From a bacterium (lineage in GTDB: Bacteria; UBA8248), in NCBI GenBank assembly GCA_965213625.1, contig CBDBZU010000004.1, forward strand, positions 3,232,001 to 3,296,000: a stretch of DNA of 64,000 nucleotides. The letters are read 5' to 3'. Each line of letters begins with the position of its first letter. Within the stretch, counting starts at the first letter, position 1. Below, piece by piece: positions 42,548 through 52,116 of the stretch. The position numbers were made by a program, and so were the translations under genes. A model generated the notes under the pieces. The model worked only from the letters and a program-made list of their open reading frames with translations. It had not been told where the DNA came from and ran no database searches.

Positions 42548-43831
42548 TCAATAATCCTTGCCCACCATGTTGTTGATGTCCTTCGCCCACTCGCTGGCGT
42601 AGTAGTCGCTGTCGGCCAGGGTGAAGGCCTCGCGGACGTTGTGTCTCTTGCCGTTGTAGAACTCGACGATTTCCGAGCCGATGACCCGCTCCACCGCCGG
42701 GGCGGCGATGCGCTCCCCCTGCATTCCCTTGGATACAATGGCGTCGGCCTCGGGCACGTGAAAGACGAGCGGGAACTCGCCTGAGCCCGGCCGGCCCACC
42801 TCGTAGATTATCGGAACGGCGCTCACGCCCATCTGCTCGAGCGCCTGGACGGTGAGCCAGTAGTCCACCGTGGAGTTGCCGCCGCCCTCAAAGGCGAGAA
42901 CCGCGCCTTCGGCCTTCAGGAGCGCGGCCAGCTTGGCCACGTATTGCGCCGAGCGCTCCTTGAGCGCCTGGTTGTCGTGGTGGCCGCGCGTGATGATCAT
43001 GCCGGCGAAATTAAGGTCCACACCGTGGCGGCGGTATAGCTCGTAGATGAGCGGTAAGTTGCAGTGCAGGTAGGTCGGCACCTTCTGCTGCGTCTTGTAG
43101 TTCGCCCCCACCACCGCGCCGTCGAGCATCTCGTTCGGGTGAATGAGGGTGGGAAGCGAATCCCCCAGATTCTTGCCGTACATGAAGGTCTGCACCATAG
43201 ACGCCTGGTGCATCACCTGATCGACAAAGACAACCCGGGGCAAATCGGGCGCGACGTCGCCGATCTCGAACGTCTCGACGCTCACAGGTTTGAGTTCCGC
43301 CGTGTGCGCGGCCAGCCGGGACGCGATTTTGAGCGTCGCCAGGCGCACGGCGTCGTCATGCGCTTCGTTCGAGGCGCCGGCCAAAGGCTCGTAGCAGGCG
43401 ACGAGGTTCGCGGTCTCTGAATTCGTGCAGTGCACGGCCCCTGGACCGGACATATCGATGATGCCTTCGCGAAAGCTCATGATGCCCGTCATGGGCCCCA
43501 GGAAATGGGTGGTGCTGATGACGCACATACCGGCCAGCTTGTGGGTGCGGCCCTGGCCGGCCGTCTTCGCCGGACCGAGGAATCCCGGAAAAGCGCAGGA
43601 GCGACCGCTTACCTTGTAGAGAGGCTCCACCGCGTCCAGCACGTTGGTGATCCGCACCGAATCGCCCGGCATGGCGGCGTCAAAGCGCACGTCCTCGAGA
43701 CCGCCGTCTTCGAGCGCAAGCTCGCGCAACTCATCGGCATCCACGGTGAGCGTACCTTCTTTGTACTCAAAGCGCGCACCGATGATGATTTTCGATACGG
43801 GGAATAACCCCATCTCCAGTCGCATGGACAT
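42548..43831 (-). CDS. grdE: Glycine/sarcosine/betaine reductase component B proprotein (GrdE/GrdG/GrdI-like)
   Basis: MRLEMG, PGDSVRI, EGIIDMSGPGA, PTLIHPNEMLDGAVV, KERSA, EGGGN. Confidence 0.88.
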   Translation of the reverse strand: MSMRLEMGLFPVSKIIIGARFEYKEGTLTVDADELRELALEDGGLEDVRFDAAMPGDSVRITNVLDAVEPLYKVSGRSCAFPGFLGPAKTAGQGRTHKLAGMCVISTTHFLGPMTGIMSFREGIIDMSGPGAVHCTNSETANLVACYEPLAGASNEAHDDAVRLATLKIASRLAAHTAELKPVSVETFEIGDVAPDLPRVVFVDQVMHQASMVQTFMYGKNLGDSLPTLIHPNEMLDGAVVGANYKTQQKVPTYLHCNLPLIYELYRRHGVDLNFAGMIITRGHHDNQALKERSAQYVAKLAALLKAEGAVLAFEGGGNSTVDYWLTVQALEQMGVSAVPIIYEVGRPGSGEFPLVFHVPEADAIVSKGMQGERIAAPAVERVIGSEIVEFYNGKRHNVREAFTLADSDYYASEWAKDINNMVGKDY

Positions 43832-43842
43832 CGTCGCCTCCC

Positions 43843-44295
43843 CTATCCGGCCGTGCGCATCGAGGCCAGGTCGCTTTCTATCTGCTCCAGATCGAGCACC
43901 ATTTCCATCATGAGGAGCTTTTCGGCGTACAGATTCTCTGGAACCTGGGCGCGCACCTTCTCTTCTAGAATGTGAAAAACGGGGAGTCCCAACGAGACTC
44001 CCGCCAGGGGCCCGGCCCAGCTGGGGTCCCCGGTGGTCAGCGTTTCGGCTGCGAGCCGAAGGCCTTCACCGGGCATTCCCAACACCACCATCAGGTTCTC
44101 CGACCCCACTTCATCGGCAATCGATTTGATGGCGGCCTGGTTCTCCAGGTCCATGGCGCCAGCGGAGGTTCAGACGAAACACTCCGTCTTCTGGAACACG
44201 ACCTCCGCACCCGCCGCCTCAATACACTCGGCAATCAGCGGACCGGGTACGCCGTCGCGCTCACCCAGCGCGATCACCTTCTTGCCTTTGAACAT
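43843..44295 (-). CDS. grdA: Glycine/sarcosine/betaine reductase selenoprotein A (Sec at UGA 44170-44172, codon 42; 150 aa)
   Basis: Manual translation [19 protein letters not shown]...[17 protein letters not shown]...[16 protein letters not shown]; CxxU motif. The ORF track shows only the part after the UGA. Confidence 0.95.
44136..44149 (-). promoter_or_regulatory. Putative bacterial SECIS hairpin of grdA
   Basis: CCTGG-AGAA-CCAGG, extendable; loop begins 26 nt after the UGA with G at position 2. Confidence 0.55.
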
Positions 44296-44328
44296 GTGTG
44301 TCCTCCACTTGCCTGAAAAACGAACGAA

Positions 44329-45750
44329 TCACGCTTCTATCAGCACCGAAGCCCCGTCGGCCTGCTGGGACATCCGGCCTAAAAACAGACTCCCTTTGGC
44401 GAGGATCATTGTACTCGCAAGGCTCCCCGCCCGCATCCGCTCCAGCGCGTGTCCGAGAAAGGGAACGCCTGCGGGAATATGCCCCTGCGTCGGCGCGAAT
44501 CCGGGCATCCCGTGCGCCTCGATGAAAGCCGGAATCTCCTCGCGGGCGATCTCCCCGCCCATCACCGCCATGGCGGCCAGCATCTTGTAATTCGTAGCCG
44601 CCACGTCTCCCGCCCCCGCGGGCAGCATGACTTCTGGATTATGGAGTTCGACGGCGTACTTATCGACGCTGGTCAGCTTGCGCCCGGCGCGGGCCAGCGG
44701 GTCGCGCACCATAGCCTCCGCCAGCCCTTGCGGCGTGGATGGCCTGCCCGCCGCGTGGCGTCCGGCTATCTCGAGATTCACGCGAGGGCCGTCCCCTGAA
44801 TTTTTCGTGAGAAAAAACGCGACCCCACCCAGTACGTCTTCCAGTACGGGCATTCCCTTTTCCAGATGGTAGTACGCCTTCATCCCGAGCTTCGCCATCG
44901 AACCGCCCCCGACGACGACGGCGTTCTCGACGACACCCGCCTGAATAAGCGCCGCCGCATGCACCAGAGCGTACACCGGCGCCGCGCAGAAAGACTTCAC
45001 GTCCACGCCGGCCGCATTGGCGCAGCCCGCCATCTCGGCGATCGCCTTTGCAAGATTGCCGCCGCCGCGATTGTAGCGATCTCCAATAGCTTCCTCCGAA
45101 CAACTGATCACGTACTCTACCTGTTCGGGCGCGATGCCCACCCCCACGAGCAACCGCCTGAGCGCATAAGCGCCGCTCGCCTTGGCCGAGAGGTTTTCCA
45201 ACAATATTCGGGCGTCCAGGGATTCATCGGCGTCATGATCGCGGCGTACGCACCCGATCATGTCCCCGTCCTGAAACAGCGGCAGGGCCTCTCCTCGCTC
45301 GATGCGTTCAATAATGTCTTCTTGTTTGTAATCCTTCGGAGGATTTTCTTTTTCGAGAAGCGCGTCGGCGGATTCAGAACCCACGCCGCGCGGCCCATCA
45401 CGCTCCTTATCGAGCATTATCAACCCGAACTGATCCGCCGCTTCGAGCAAGGCATAGAAAGAATCCTGCGGGAGGATTTCCCCGAATTGGCTCTCAAGCG
45501 AAGCGCCTGCGGGGGAGTTCTCGTACCACGGAGTTGGAATTTCGTTCAGATTTTCGGGCTGCAGATTGCCGATGAACGCCTGGTTCGGCGGGTAGCCGAC
45601 CACTTCATCAAAAGAGCGCAGGTCGTTGAACGAGTCGCCCGGCGCCTGATTGTTCCTGAAAGCCTCGCGCCAGGGCTTCGAGCCGTAGCGAACCAGATCT
45701 GGAACATGCACGAGAACGTTCGCAGCAGCACGCAGGTACGCCATCATCAC
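44329..45750 (-). CDS. grdC: Glycine/sarcosine/betaine reductase component C, FabH-like subunit
   Basis: LVHVPDL, LLENLSAKASG, CSEEAIGDRYNRGGGNLAKAIAE, FCAAP, ELHNPE, GFAPTQGHIP, KGSLFLGRM. Confidence 0.92.
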   Translation of the reverse strand: MMMAYLRAAANVLVHVPDLVRYGSKPWREAFRNNQAPGDSFNDLRSFDEVVGYPPNQAFIGNLQPENLNEIPTPWYENSPAGASLESQFGEILPQDSFYALLEAADQFGLIMLDKERDGPRGVGSESADALLEKENPPKDYKQEDIIERIERGEALPLFQDGDMIGCVRRDHDADESLDARILLENLSAKASGAYALRRLLVGVGIAPEQVEYVISCSEEAIGDRYNRGGGNLAKAIAEMAGCANAAGVDVKSFCAAPVYALVHAAALIQAGVVENAVVVGGGSMAKLGMKAYYHLEKGMPVLEDVLGGVAFFLTKNSGDGPRVNLEIAGRHAAGRPSTPQGLAEAMVRDPLARAGRKLTSVDKYAVELHNPEVMLPAGAGDVAATNYKMLAAMAVMGGEIAREEIPAFIEAHGMPGFAPTQGHIPAGVPFLGHALERMRAGSLASTMILAKGSLFLGRMSQQADGASVLIEA

Positions 45751-45841
45751 ACCCGCCCAATAACGAGGAAGAAAAGTTTACTCAGGAATTTGTACTCGAA
45801 ATGAAACGCCGCCGCCATGCCTGTTGGTCGCCATCACCGCC

Positions 45842-46627
45842 CTAGCCCGCGGTATAGCCGCCGTCGGCGTAGAGGATGTGGCCCGTGTAAAAGTCAGACG
45901 CCCGCGACGCGAGGAACAGGAGCGGCCCGGCCAGATCCTCGGGCTCGCCCAGCCTGCCCTTCGGTATCCGGCTCACGATGTTCTCGCGCGTCTTCACCGC
46001 CTTTGGCGCGTCAGTGAACATCCAGTCCGTAAGCACCGAGCGGAAGACGGTCGGCCCGACCGCGTTAACGGTGATTCCCGTCGGGCCCAGTTCGCAGGCC
46101 AGCGCCTTCGTGATGCCGTCGACCGCCGCCTTGGAGGCGCAATAGGCGGTATAGCCCGCGGGGTGGCCGAGAATCCCGCGCGTCGAGGAGACGAGGACGA
46201 TCTTGCCGCCCTCTCCCTGCGCCTTCATCTGCCGCGTCGCGGCGCGCGCCAGAAGCCACGACTGCGTGACGTTCGCGTCCATCACGTCGGCGAACGCATC
46301 GGGCGCCATCTCCTCGATCATCCCCACCCTGTTGATGCCCGACGCCACCACCAGAATGTCGAGGCGGCCATGGGTCTCGACGGCTTTCTCCACCATGGCG
46401 TCGGCCGCCGCTTCAGATTCCGGGCGCGCGTTCACCGTGGCGACCTCGGCTCCAAGCTCGCGGCACTCGCCCGCGACGGCGTCGAGCGCGTCCGTGGTGC
46501 CGGCTGTAAGCGTGAGGCGGCAACCGGCCCCGGCCAGGGTCCGCGCGGCCACCGCGCCGAGTGCGCCCGATGCGCCTGTGATGAGCGCGGAGCGTCCGCT
46601 GACGTCGAATAATTCCGAGGGTCTCAT
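45842..46627 (-). CDS. SDR family oxidoreductase (gluconate 5-dehydrogenase-like)
   Basis: LFDVSGRSALITGASGALG, YCASK, DGGYTA. Confidence 0.9.
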   Translation of the reverse strand: MRPSELFDVSGRSALITGASGALGAVAARTLAGAGCRLTLTAGTTDALDAVAGECRELGAEVATVNARPESEAAADAMVEKAVETHGRLDILVVASGINRVGMIEEMAPDAFADVMDANVTQSWLLARAATRQMKAQGEGGKIVLVSSTRGILGHPAGYTAYCASKAAVDGITKALACELGPTGITVNAVGPTVFRSVLTDWMFTDAPKAVKTRENIVSRIPKGRLGEPEDLAGPLLFLASRASDFYTGHILYADGGYTAG

Positions 46628-46778
46628 ATCGTGTTGTCCTGATGGGGGATCACGAGCAGCGTCCCGCAGGCGTGAAAGAAGAATACGTATGCCCCATGCT
46701 AGGTATCAAGCGGGTGTGGTGTCAAGAATAGCGAGAGGATGTCCATTTCAGGGGTCAGACTCGATCGATTGAGGTTTT

Positions 46779-46868
46779 GTAGGGACAGGTCGCGACCTGT
46801 CCTTCTGGCTTTTCTTCCTATCGCCAGGAAAATCGCGATTGTAGGAACAGGCCCCCGCGCCTGTCCTG
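46779..46868. repeat. Pair of GTAG-type REP palindromes
   Basis: gtagggacaggtcgcgacctgtccttc and gtaggaacaggcccccgcgcctgtcctg. Confidence 0.65.
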
Positions 46869-46990
46869 GCGAGGGTGGCCGCGGTAGCCGGACAAACCAA
46901 ATGCGAATCAGACAATTGGCCCTCAAATACGAGTGGACACGTAGGCCCACCCCTGAAAAATAATTTTCGAGATTGCCGACAGAACGCGCG

Positions 46991-48304
46991 TCAAACGACC
47001 TCGACCCAGGTCTTCATGCCAGACGCCTGGTGGGCCAGGGTGTGGCAGTGGATCAGCCATTTGCCGGGGTTGTCGAACACGCAGAGGACGTCCCGGCTCC
47101 GGCGCGGATCGATCAGGGTGGTGTCGCGGTAATGGCCGTGCGCGCCGTCCTCGCCGACCTCGTGGAAGTGATGGCCGTGGATGTGGATGCCGTGCGGGAA
47201 AACGGTATCGTTCTTCATGGTGATCAGCGCCGTCTCGCCTCGGGCGAATCGCCGCCAGGGCGTCTTTGGCATGCCGGAGTGGCCGTTCAAGGCCCAGAAA
47301 TCCCCGCCGCGCATCATGCCCATCATGCCCATCCCGCTCATCGCGCCGCCCTGCATGGCGAGCGTAAGCCGCCGCGCCTTTCTGCGGTCCGGCGACGGGA
47401 TGTCCACCGGCGGCAGGGGCGCGATAGGGACGTCGATGGGCGCGGGGTTGACGCCCTGCGCCGCTATTTTGCCGAGTTCATATGCTCCGCCCCGCGTCGC
47501 CATGGCGAAGGTGACCGGCTCGGCGACGTCGAGGATGACGTCGGTCCGCTGTGCGGGCGCCAGCACCAGCTCGCCCAGGGGCTCAGGCTTAGCCAGCGGC
47601 ATCCCGTCATGCGCCACGATCATGCCGGCGCCGCCGATCCGCACCCGGAAAATCCGCGCCGTCGCCGTGTTGATCAGCCGCAGGCGAACCCGGTCCCCGC
47701 GCCGCACCTCCTCCCGGGAGAGGAGCGCCCGGGCGAAGTTGCCGAGCCGCCCCTCATGGGAGAAGTCGTGGCGGTTGCCGAAATTCGGGTCCAACTCGCC
47801 GCTGCGCGTCAGACGCCAGTCGTCGAGTACCACCGTGATGTCGTGGTCGACGCGCGGGGGGTCGCGTTCCTCGACGATCAGTGGGCCGTAGAGTCCCTTC
47901 GCCACCTGCTCCCAGGAACGCTCATGCGAGTGGTACCAGTAGGTGCCGGGGTGAGGTACGTCGAAAACGTAGTCGAACGCGCCGCCCGGCTTTACCGCCG
48001 CCTGGGTGAGGCCGGGAACGCCGTCCATCGCGTTGTCGATGTGGATGCCGTGCCAGTGAACGGCGGAGGCGCTGTCGAGCCCGTTCTCAAAGGAGATGGC
48101 GACCCGGCCGCCTTGTCGGGCGCGTATCTCGGGACCGGGAGATGAGCCGTTGAACCCGAGCATGCGCGTCTCGCCTTGCCCGTCCGGCAGGAGGCGGACC
48201 GTGACGGGTTCGGCCCTGAGACGGAAACCCGATGGCGCCGCCCACCCGGTCGCGGGGGTCAGCGCCGTCGCCGCCAACGCCAGCAGAAAATCCCTTCGGT
48301 TCAT
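46991..48304 (-). CDS. Multicopper oxidase with Tat signal
   Basis: NRRDFL Tat motif; HWHG, WYHSH, HGIHIHGH, HCHTLAHQASGM copper ligands. Confidence 0.93.
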   Translation of the reverse strand: MNRRDFLLALAATALTPATGWAAPSGFRLRAEPVTVRLLPDGQGETRMLGFNGSSPGPEIRARQGGRVAISFENGLDSASAVHWHGIHIDNAMDGVPGLTQAAVKPGGAFDYVFDVPHPGTYWYHSHERSWEQVAKGLYGPLIVEERDPPRVDHDITVVLDDWRLTRSGELDPNFGNRHDFSHEGRLGNFARALLSREEVRRGDRVRLRLINTATARIFRVRIGGAGMIVAHDGMPLAKPEPLGELVLAPAQRTDVILDVAEPVTFAMATRGGAYELGKIAAQGVNPAPIDVPIAPLPPVDIPSPDRRKARRLTLAMQGGAMSGMGMMGMMRGGDFWALNGHSGMPKTPWRRFARGETALITMKNDTVFPHGIHIHGHHFHEVGEDGAHGHYRDTTLIDPRRSRDVLCVFDNPGKWLIHCHTLAHQASGMKTWVEVV

Positions 48305-48425
48305 GATTCTTCTCCCTCGTTCGCGTTCTCTCACGGCGCGATGATTTTATTACTCGCGCCAGGCGGCGGCAATGGATTCGACCCGGACGAGGATGAAGAC
48401 TCTTACGAGAAGAGAAAACGCGCCC

Positions 48426-48450
48426 GTAGGGACGGGTCGCGATCTGTCCC
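48426..48450. repeat. GTAG-type REP palindrome
   Basis: gtagggacgggtcgcgatctgtccc, a near copy of 46779. Confidence 0.6.
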
Positions 48451-48541
48451 AGCTCTTCGTCAAGGAAAATCCCGGTTGCGGATGGTGGTCACGGCTGTGG
48501 GACGACTCCGGGGAGGGGTCGCCCCTTCGCCTCTTGTATTC

Positions 48542-49942
48542 TTAGACGGGACTCGGTTCCCGCACCGGCTCCGCCAGCATGGCCGTGAGGGAGGCGACGT
48601 CCTCCACCTCATCCAGCTGCCGCCAGGCGTCCCAGGCGGCCTGGGCTTTTTCTTCGGTGAGGCCGGCGGCGCATTCCAGGAACTTTTCCCGGAGTTCGAG
48701 ATTGGTGATCGGGTTTTCGATGTGTCCGCGCGCGCGGGGGAAAAAGCGGGTGAGTTCGCGCCCGTCTTTCAGTTTCACCCAGACCCCGGCCGCTTCGGTT
48801 TCGGGGTCCTCACGCGCCATGTCTTCATCGAGCTCGAACGCAACGCGCTTTTGGAGAGCGGCTATCTCTGGCCGCTGTACGCTGTCTTCCTCGAACTGGC
48901 GGATGCCGACCTTGCGGTCCACGAGGGCGGAGGCGATGCAGAACGGCATGGAGAATTTTCCCTCCAGGCCCGTGGTCGCCTCCTTGTAGCGCAGCACTTT
49001 GAGCGTCATGGTCGAGGCGCGCGCGCCCAGGGCCGCCACGTCCGAGACCGCGATGTCTTCGCTCTTCACCAGGTCGAGCATGGCGTCGATGCCCGGATGC
49101 GTCATCGCGCAGCAGGGGTGGAGCTTCACGCAGACGCCCTCCTCAACATCCCAAGGCCGCCCCCACGTGCCGACCGCGCTCTCCCAGTCCGCGAATTCAT
49201 GCGCGGTGGGTCCGATTTCCTCTGCCGCCATGGCCGACGTGAAGCCTGTCTCCAGCGTATCCGCCGCCGCCGTGAAGCCGTCTTCGGCCAGTTTCGCCGC
49301 GACGAGTCCCGCCCGTGCGGACTGGCCCGCGTGAAATGGCTTCGTCATCGTGCCGAAGTTCGACACCAGCCCCGCCGAGCCGCTCGCCCCCAGGCTCAAT
49401 GCGTTTCGCGTCTGCTCCTCATCCAGTTCCAGCAGATACGCGCTTGCGCCCGCCACGCCGACCGAGCCGAGCGTGGCCGTGGCGTGAAAGCCCCGGCGGT
49501 AGTGTTTGGGGTTCACTGCGCGGCCCAGGACGTGCAAGAGCTCGAAACCGATCGTGTAGGCCTCGAGAACCTTTGCGCCCCCGATTCCCCTTTCCTCCGC
49601 CAGTGCGATGAGGGCAGGAACCAGGGTGACGCTCGGGTGACCCAGCATCACGAAATCCACGTCGTCATAATCAAGCGCATGGCCCGCCGTTCCGTTCACA
49701 AAGGCGGCCCAGGAGGCGCTCGTACGCTCCTCCGTGCCGATCAGGCGCGCTGCGGGAACGCCACCCTCCGAGACCGCCAGCCGGTGCGCCAGCCGCGCGC
49801 AGTCATCGTCCCGGCCCGCCAGATTCACGCCCAGCGTATCGAGCACGGCGTTTCGCGCCTGCGCGCGTGCCGCCTCGCCGATGTCAGAGGCGTGAACCGC
49901 CGCGATTCGCTTCGCCAGTTCCCTGGTGGCCTGATATGTCAT
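48542..49942 (-). CDS. MmgE/PrpD family protein
   Basis: VLDTLGV, HALDYDDV..GHP, GFHAT, TKPFHAG, KLHPCC..H, KFSMPF. Confidence 0.92.
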   Translation of the reverse strand: MTYQATRELAKRIAAVHASDIGEAARAQARNAVLDTLGVNLAGRDDDCARLAHRLAVSEGGVPAARLIGTEERTSASWAAFVNGTAGHALDYDDVDFVMLGHPSVTLVPALIALAEERGIGGAKVLEAYTIGFELLHVLGRAVNPKHYRRGFHATATLGSVGVAGASAYLLELDEEQTRNALSLGASGSAGLVSNFGTMTKPFHAGQSARAGLVAAKLAEDGFTAAADTLETGFTSAMAAEEIGPTAHEFADWESAVGTWGRPWDVEEGVCVKLHPCCAMTHPGIDAMLDLVKSEDIAVSDVAALGARASTMTLKVLRYKEATTGLEGKFSMPFCIASALVDRKVGIRQFEEDSVQRPEIAALQKRVAFELDEDMAREDPETEAAGVWVKLKDGRELTRFFPRARGHIENPITNLELREKFLECAAGLTEEKAQAAWDAWRQLDEVEDVASLTAMLAEPVREPSPV

Positions 49943-50029
49943 GGAGGAATCTCCTTGCGTGCGGATGAATCTGGGGGTGTGAATGAATCTAAAGGGGCGA
50001 CCCCCAGCAGGGCCGCCCCTGATTTTACG

Positions 50030-51664
50030 TCAGATGCCGCGCGGACGCTCGGCGGGTTCTTTTGCCTTGCGCCCCTTGCCCACGGGTTTACGCATATCTT
50101 CACTGAGCTTGAACTTGTTCACCGCGTTCACGAAGGCCTTGGCGCCCGCCTCGACGGTGTCGGGGCTCGTGGCGTGGCCCGCTATCTGCAACCCTTCGTC
50201 GAACTCCACCATCATGTTCACCTCGGCGAGCGCGTCGCGCCCCCGCGTGACGGCGTTCACCGAAAAATCCGCCAGGCGGCATTCGATGCCCACGACCCGG
50301 CAGATGGCGTTGATGGCCGCGTCCACGGGGCCGTTGCCCTGGCTTACGTCTGAGAACTCCTCCTCACCCTGCCGGATGCGCACCGTGGCCGTGGAGGCCG
50401 GCTGCGTGCCTGTGGAGGACGTGACCTGGAGGAACTCGAGGTTGTAGTAGTTCTCCCCGCCCTCGGCGCGGTTTTGCTGCAACAGCGCAATCAGGTCCTC
50501 GTCGTAGACCTCTTTTTTCTTGTCCGCGAGATCGATGAAGCGCGGGTAGATGGCCGTAATGTCCTCGCGCGACATCTTGAAGCCGAGCTGATCGTAGCGC
50601 TTTCGCAAGCCCGCGCGGCCCGAGTGCTTGCCGAGCACGAGCGTGTTCGAGGGCCTGCCCACCGACTTGGGCGTCATGATCTCATAGGTGATGGCCTTCG
50701 ATATCACCCCGTGCTGGTGGATGCCCGCTTCGTGCGCGAAGGCGTTCTTGCCCACCACCGCCTTGTTCGGCTGTACGGGCACGCCCGTCATGGAGGTCAG
50801 GAGCCTGCTCGTGGGGTAGATCTCGCGTGTCTTGATCCCCGATTTGTAGTTCAGCTCATCGCTGCGAGTGGAGATGGCCATCACGAACTCCTCGAGCGAG
50901 GCGTTGCCCGCCCGCTCACCGATGCCGTTGATGGTGCATTCCACCTGGCGCACGCCGGATTCGATGGCCACGATGCTGTTCGCCACCGCGAGGCCCAGGT
51001 CGTCGTGGCAGTGCGCGCTGAATACCACGTTGTCGTAACTGGGCACCTTTTCGAAAATGTGCTCCCAGAAGCGCTTGAACTCGCTCGGGATGATGTAGCC
51101 CACCGTGTCGGGGAGGTTGATGGTGGTCGCCCCCTCCTCGATAGCGATTTTCACCGTCTCGGCCAGGAAATCCCAGTCCGATCGCGTCGCGTCCTCAGCG
51201 CTCCACTCCACGTCCTTGCAAAGGCTTCGCGCATGGCGCACCGAGGCGGCAATCTCCTTCAGGAGCGCTGCGCGCGTCATCTTGAGCTTGTGCTTCAGGT
51301 GAATGTCCGACGTCGCGATGAAGGTGTGGATTCTGGGTTTCTTCGCGTGGCGCACCGCCTCCCAGCAGCGGTCGATGTCCTCACGCGCGGAGCGCGAAAG
51401 ACCGGCGACGACCGTCTTGGTCACCGCCTTGGCCACGTCGCGCACCGATTCGAACTCATCGTTCGACGCTATGGGAAACCCGGCTTCGATGATATCCACG
51501 CCCAGTTTTTCGAGCTGTAGCGCCATCTGCACTTTCTGGAAATGATCCATACTGCAGCCGGGCGACTGCTCCCCGTCCCTGAGCGTGGTGTCGAAAATAC
51601 GGATTCTGTTCGAGGCTCTGCCTCTGGATGGTTTCTTTCGTATTGCCGTGGCTTGTTTCGCCAT
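50030..51664 (-). CDS. leuA: 2-isopropylmalate synthase
   Basis: FDTTLRDGEQSPG, HCHDDLG, GIGERAGN, AHEAGIHQHG, GNGPVDA regulatory domain. Confidence 0.96.
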   Translation of the reverse strand: MAKQATAIRKKPSRGRASNRIRIFDTTLRDGEQSPGCSMDHFQKVQMALQLEKLGVDIIEAGFPIASNDEFESVRDVAKAVTKTVVAGLSRSAREDIDRCWEAVRHAKKPRIHTFIATSDIHLKHKLKMTRAALLKEIAASVRHARSLCKDVEWSAEDATRSDWDFLAETVKIAIEEGATTINLPDTVGYIIPSEFKRFWEHIFEKVPSYDNVVFSAHCHDDLGLAVANSIVAIESGVRQVECTINGIGERAGNASLEEFVMAISTRSDELNYKSGIKTREIYPTSRLLTSMTGVPVQPNKAVVGKNAFAHEAGIHQHGVISKAITYEIMTPKSVGRPSNTLVLGKHSGRAGLRKRYDQLGFKMSREDITAIYPRFIDLADKKKEVYDEDLIALLQQNRAEGGENYYNLEFLQVTSSTGTQPASTATVRIRQGEEEFSDVSQGNGPVDAAINAICRVVGIECRLADFSVNAVTRGRDALAEVNMMVEFDEGLQIAGHATSPDTVEAGAKAFVNAVNKFKLSEDMRKPVGKGRKAKEPAERPRGI

Positions 51665-52116
51665 GGGTTTCAGGCTCCTTAGGAATTTGTTCGTGAAGGT
51701 GCGCCTTGAGCGGAACGCCGGGTATTAGAGAGTGGATGGGCGCTTGCGCGCAAGACTGGTGAACGCGCTGGTTTCCTAAGAAGCCAGTGGATCGCGGGGC
51801 GTCTTGAACACGCCCCAGGAACTCCTGAGATCCTGATGCCTCATCGAATCAATACTCCATTTCGCTCAATCAAAGGCGAGGCGCATGGTTAAACGGGCGG
51901 AATCCACGCAGGTCCTCGCAAATACAATACGATCTTATGGGTCAAGCGCGAGCCGAGGTCAAGTCCCATGTTTCGTTTTTTTCGATTTCCGGGGTCAACG
52001 CCCCGAACGCCAAGACTGAATTACACTTGAAACCGCCTCCTATTGGGGCTGTTGAAAAAGCCCCGGTGAGCGATTTTGGTTGCTTGCGCGCTTTTGAAGT
52101 TCACTCCCCCCTTGAG

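Noticed and set aside
41403-44172. grdA and grdB as nonsense pseudogenes
   Set aside because: Both UGAs fall exactly at the known Sec positions, downstream frames stay conserved, and SECIS-like hairpins follow.
48176-50353. 725-aa plus-strand ORF, and similar long ORFs at 6903-8216, 39792-41183, 52101-53384, 58101-59219, 62872-63963
   Set aside because: Antisense shadows of well-supported genes in GC-rich DNA; no recognisable motifs.
51665-51860. Leucine attenuator upstream of leuA
   Set aside because: The short ORF (MRHQDLRSSWGVFKTPRDPLAS) has no Leu run and the hairpin lacks a U-tract.
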